Source of the DNA: Marsupella aquatica
Taxonomy: Eukaryota; Plantae; Marchantiophyta
Length of the DNA: 64,000 bases
NCBI GenBank assembly: GCA_973895155.1
Contig: OZ316891.1
Coordinates: 23,083,884 to 23,147,883 of the forward strand
Direction: 5' to 3'
Shown here in pieces: positions 61,635-64,000 of the stretch. Under the pieces are notes generated by a model, which ran no database searches, had not been told where the DNA came from, and saw only the letters and a program-made list of their open reading frames with translations. Both the position numbers and the translations under genes were made by a program. Each line of letters begins with the position of its first letter. The first letter of the stretch is position 1.

Positions 61635-64000
61635 TCACTGCTTAGGCCTGCCCTTTCTTGTAGATCCCTCTGCATCTCTGCCTCGTTTGGGACCAGTATT
61701 TGGTCCTGGATTTGCTCTGGACCTATAGGCCTTAGCCAATTCGATGTGTAATTTGGCATTGTTTTCCATTGTAGCATGGAAATCAACGTCTGTGTAATCA
61801 CCTAACACCCTTGTGGACCTGGATTCTTTGTGGAGGATTGTTCTCCATGCTATCCCTTTCTCATTGGGGTGGAAAAAAACCTGCTCCACTTGCTTTGGGA
61901 AAACGTAATCCATTTTCTTGGACACACCCAGTTCTCTATGGAAATTCACCTGCCAAAGACCAGACTCGGAATACCTCATACTGGTAGAGGATTTAGGAGT
62001 CCATGATGGATCTGCCCATTTCCCTTTGAAAAGAATCACCTCTTTCCTCAAGCTGCTATAATTCAGTACCAAGATATCTGTCAAGGCCCCTACATACTGT
62101 ACAGATTCTTCTATGGTTGCACCAGACCTGTCCACTTGCTTCTCAGTGAATGTAGAAGCCATCCCAGAATCAAAAGTGCTGAAAGCACCAGAATCACAAT
62201 CACTCAAACACCCCAAGGATGGAATAGTCCTCCAATGGTGCCCATAGGCTCTGCATGCCCTATACAGTCGTGCCTTCAAACTAGGTGGTGTGGAGTATGC
62301 AGATAGTAATGACCGCTTAGACTCTTTCTCAAAATTATGGGTATTGACTAATGTTTGAAACCATTCCCTGAAAGGTGGCAATTCTTGGCAGTTAGCGGGA
62401 AATTCCACTGGTTTTCTTTGATTGGCAGGCTTCCTCATCCATTCTTTCCGGAAATCCACTCTTTGTTTGGTAACAGTCTCATTGGTAGCATCATATATCC
62501 TGCATGGCAACAACAATAGTGAAGACATTAGTACACGATCCACCATGAATATACACACACAATGGGGCAACATAATTATGATCCATATGCCGAAGGATAG
62601 GAGGGTTTAGGGTTTATGTACCTGTACCATGGAGCCACTTTCTCTTCATTCTCCAATATATAATGATGCATGGCCATCATTTCAGACCAATCCAAAGTTA
62701 TCGCCTTTGCAGCCCCTTCCAAAACAATGCCTGCAACGCCAGCATCCTCCTCCAACTCCCAGGTTTGTTTTCCCTCTCCCTTTGCATCAATCATGTATTC
62801 AGAAAGGAATCCCAAAGACTCATCTGATACATAGCCTTCAGCCATAGAGGCCTCTGGACGTGCCTTGTTTTGTACATAACCCTTCAATACCTTCAGGTTC
62901 CTCTCTATTGGGTACATCCATCTGCCTGTAACTGGGCCACACAAGTCTAATTCCTCCACTAGGTGAATCATTAAATGGGTCATGACATCAAAGAAGCTTG
63001 GTGGAAAATGGATTTCCAAAATGCAGAGAGTGAATGCAACATCCATCATCAAATTCTCATACATTGAAGGGTCCCACACCTTCGTACAGATCTGGTGATA
63101 GATATTGCTCACCCCAGCTATGACCAAGCGAACCCCTTCATCAAGTAATCCCATTGTTGCCAGAGGGAGAATCAGTTGCATGAGTTGGTGGAAATCATGT
63201 GATTTCAACCCAAAGAGTTTCTTGGATTTTGTAACACACTTCGCTAAAGAACTTGAAAAACTAGTGGGCCCTTTCAAGGTCAATAACACCTCCAAGAACC
63301 TTGTTCTTTCCTTCTTGCTCAGGCAATATGGGGTTGGGGGCATCAACAATTTGTCATCGTTACGCTTGGGAGCTGGATTGGGTACAAGCCATAGGTGTTG
63401 GCGCACCTGTAAGAGCTTCATGTCTTCTCTCACAGAAGGAGTGTCCTTGGTCCCAATGATAGTGTGCACAATGTTGTGTGCAAGATTCTTCTCACAGTGC
63501 ATGGGATCTAGACAATGGTTAATGAGTAGGTGTTGGCGCACCTGTAAGAGCTTCATGTCTTCTCTCACAGAAGGAGTGTCCTTGGTCCCAATGATAGTGT
63601 GCACAATGTTGTGTGCAAGATTCTTCTCACAGTGCATGGGATCTAGACAATGGTTAATGAGTAGTTTCTGCAGTGGACACACAATTCAGAAATCAGGGCA
63701 TTGAATACAACTTTTGGCATCACTGGGCAGTAGTTTGTGCAGTAGACACAATTCAGAAATTAGTGCATTGAATACAACAATTACAAAATCTGGGCTACAG
63801 GAAGTATATGAAGAGAATATATTTCAAAGTCATATGAAGAGATTGCAGAAATTCATTGTAGTAGTATGGAGTCTTACATTCCAATAGGGCAACTTGTACA
63901 GACCAGTAGCCCTCTTCACTCCATGCACCTTTATGGGGCAGCTCTCATCCTCAACCTTGGTTCCTCCCTTCTTCAAATATTCTGTTGTCTCGTCTCCCCA
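61635..64000 (-). CDS. CACTA transposase TnpD/Tnp2, C-terminal exons (DUF4218- and DUF4216-like regions)
   Basis: LDPMHCEKN, GLKSHDFH, FPPSFFDVMTHL..HLVEE...GPV..RWMYP.ER..K.LKGYV.NKARPEASMAEGY; downstream LFKGKW and YVFPKQVEQVFF. Confidence 0.93.
63392..63661. repeat. Exact in-frame 135-bp tandem duplication within TnpD
   Basis: 63392-63526 equals 63527-63661, duplicating LLINHCLDPMHCEKN...VRQH; TAG microhomology at the junction. Confidence 0.95.

Larger units (their letters stand above)
57301..64000 (-). mobile_element. CACTA (En/Spm) transposon, 3' part; extends beyond the window
   Basis: Terminus CACTAGTAGAAAA at 57301; dense AATGAC/GTCATT subterminal repeats to ~58030; TnpD- and TnpA-like genes; predicted 3-bp TSD ATG (57298-57300), with the other end not visible. 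Confidence 0.93.

Overview
Plant nuclear DNA, almost entirely nested transposable elements; the element types suggest a seed-free land plant (inference). A degenerate minus-strand multi-exon gene (possible methyltransferase-like N-terminus, E/R/K-rich helix, Ulp1/C48 SUMO protease, two FCP1/NIF HAD-phosphatase domains) is split by a 37.6-kb Ty3/Gypsy insertion, element A (1347-38948, TSD ATGTC). A carries four nested insertions: solo LTR D (1602-3828), solo LTR C (5775-9781), an intact young Gypsy element B with 3164-bp LTRs (12360-24850) and a non-autonomous TIR element (31323-34918). To the right is a two-gene MULE whose transposase is hit by a solo LTR of family A (52552-57189) and by a CACTA element (57301 to beyond the window). 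Main finding: family A LTRs are about 4.6 kb and about 78% occupied by one ~1200-codon ORF. The LTR of family C encodes a clearly homologous ~880-codon ORF with the same layout. This points to a lineage of retrotransposons whose accessory gene lies inside the LTR and survives in solo LTRs. All calls come from reading the sequence by eye; no database search was run.
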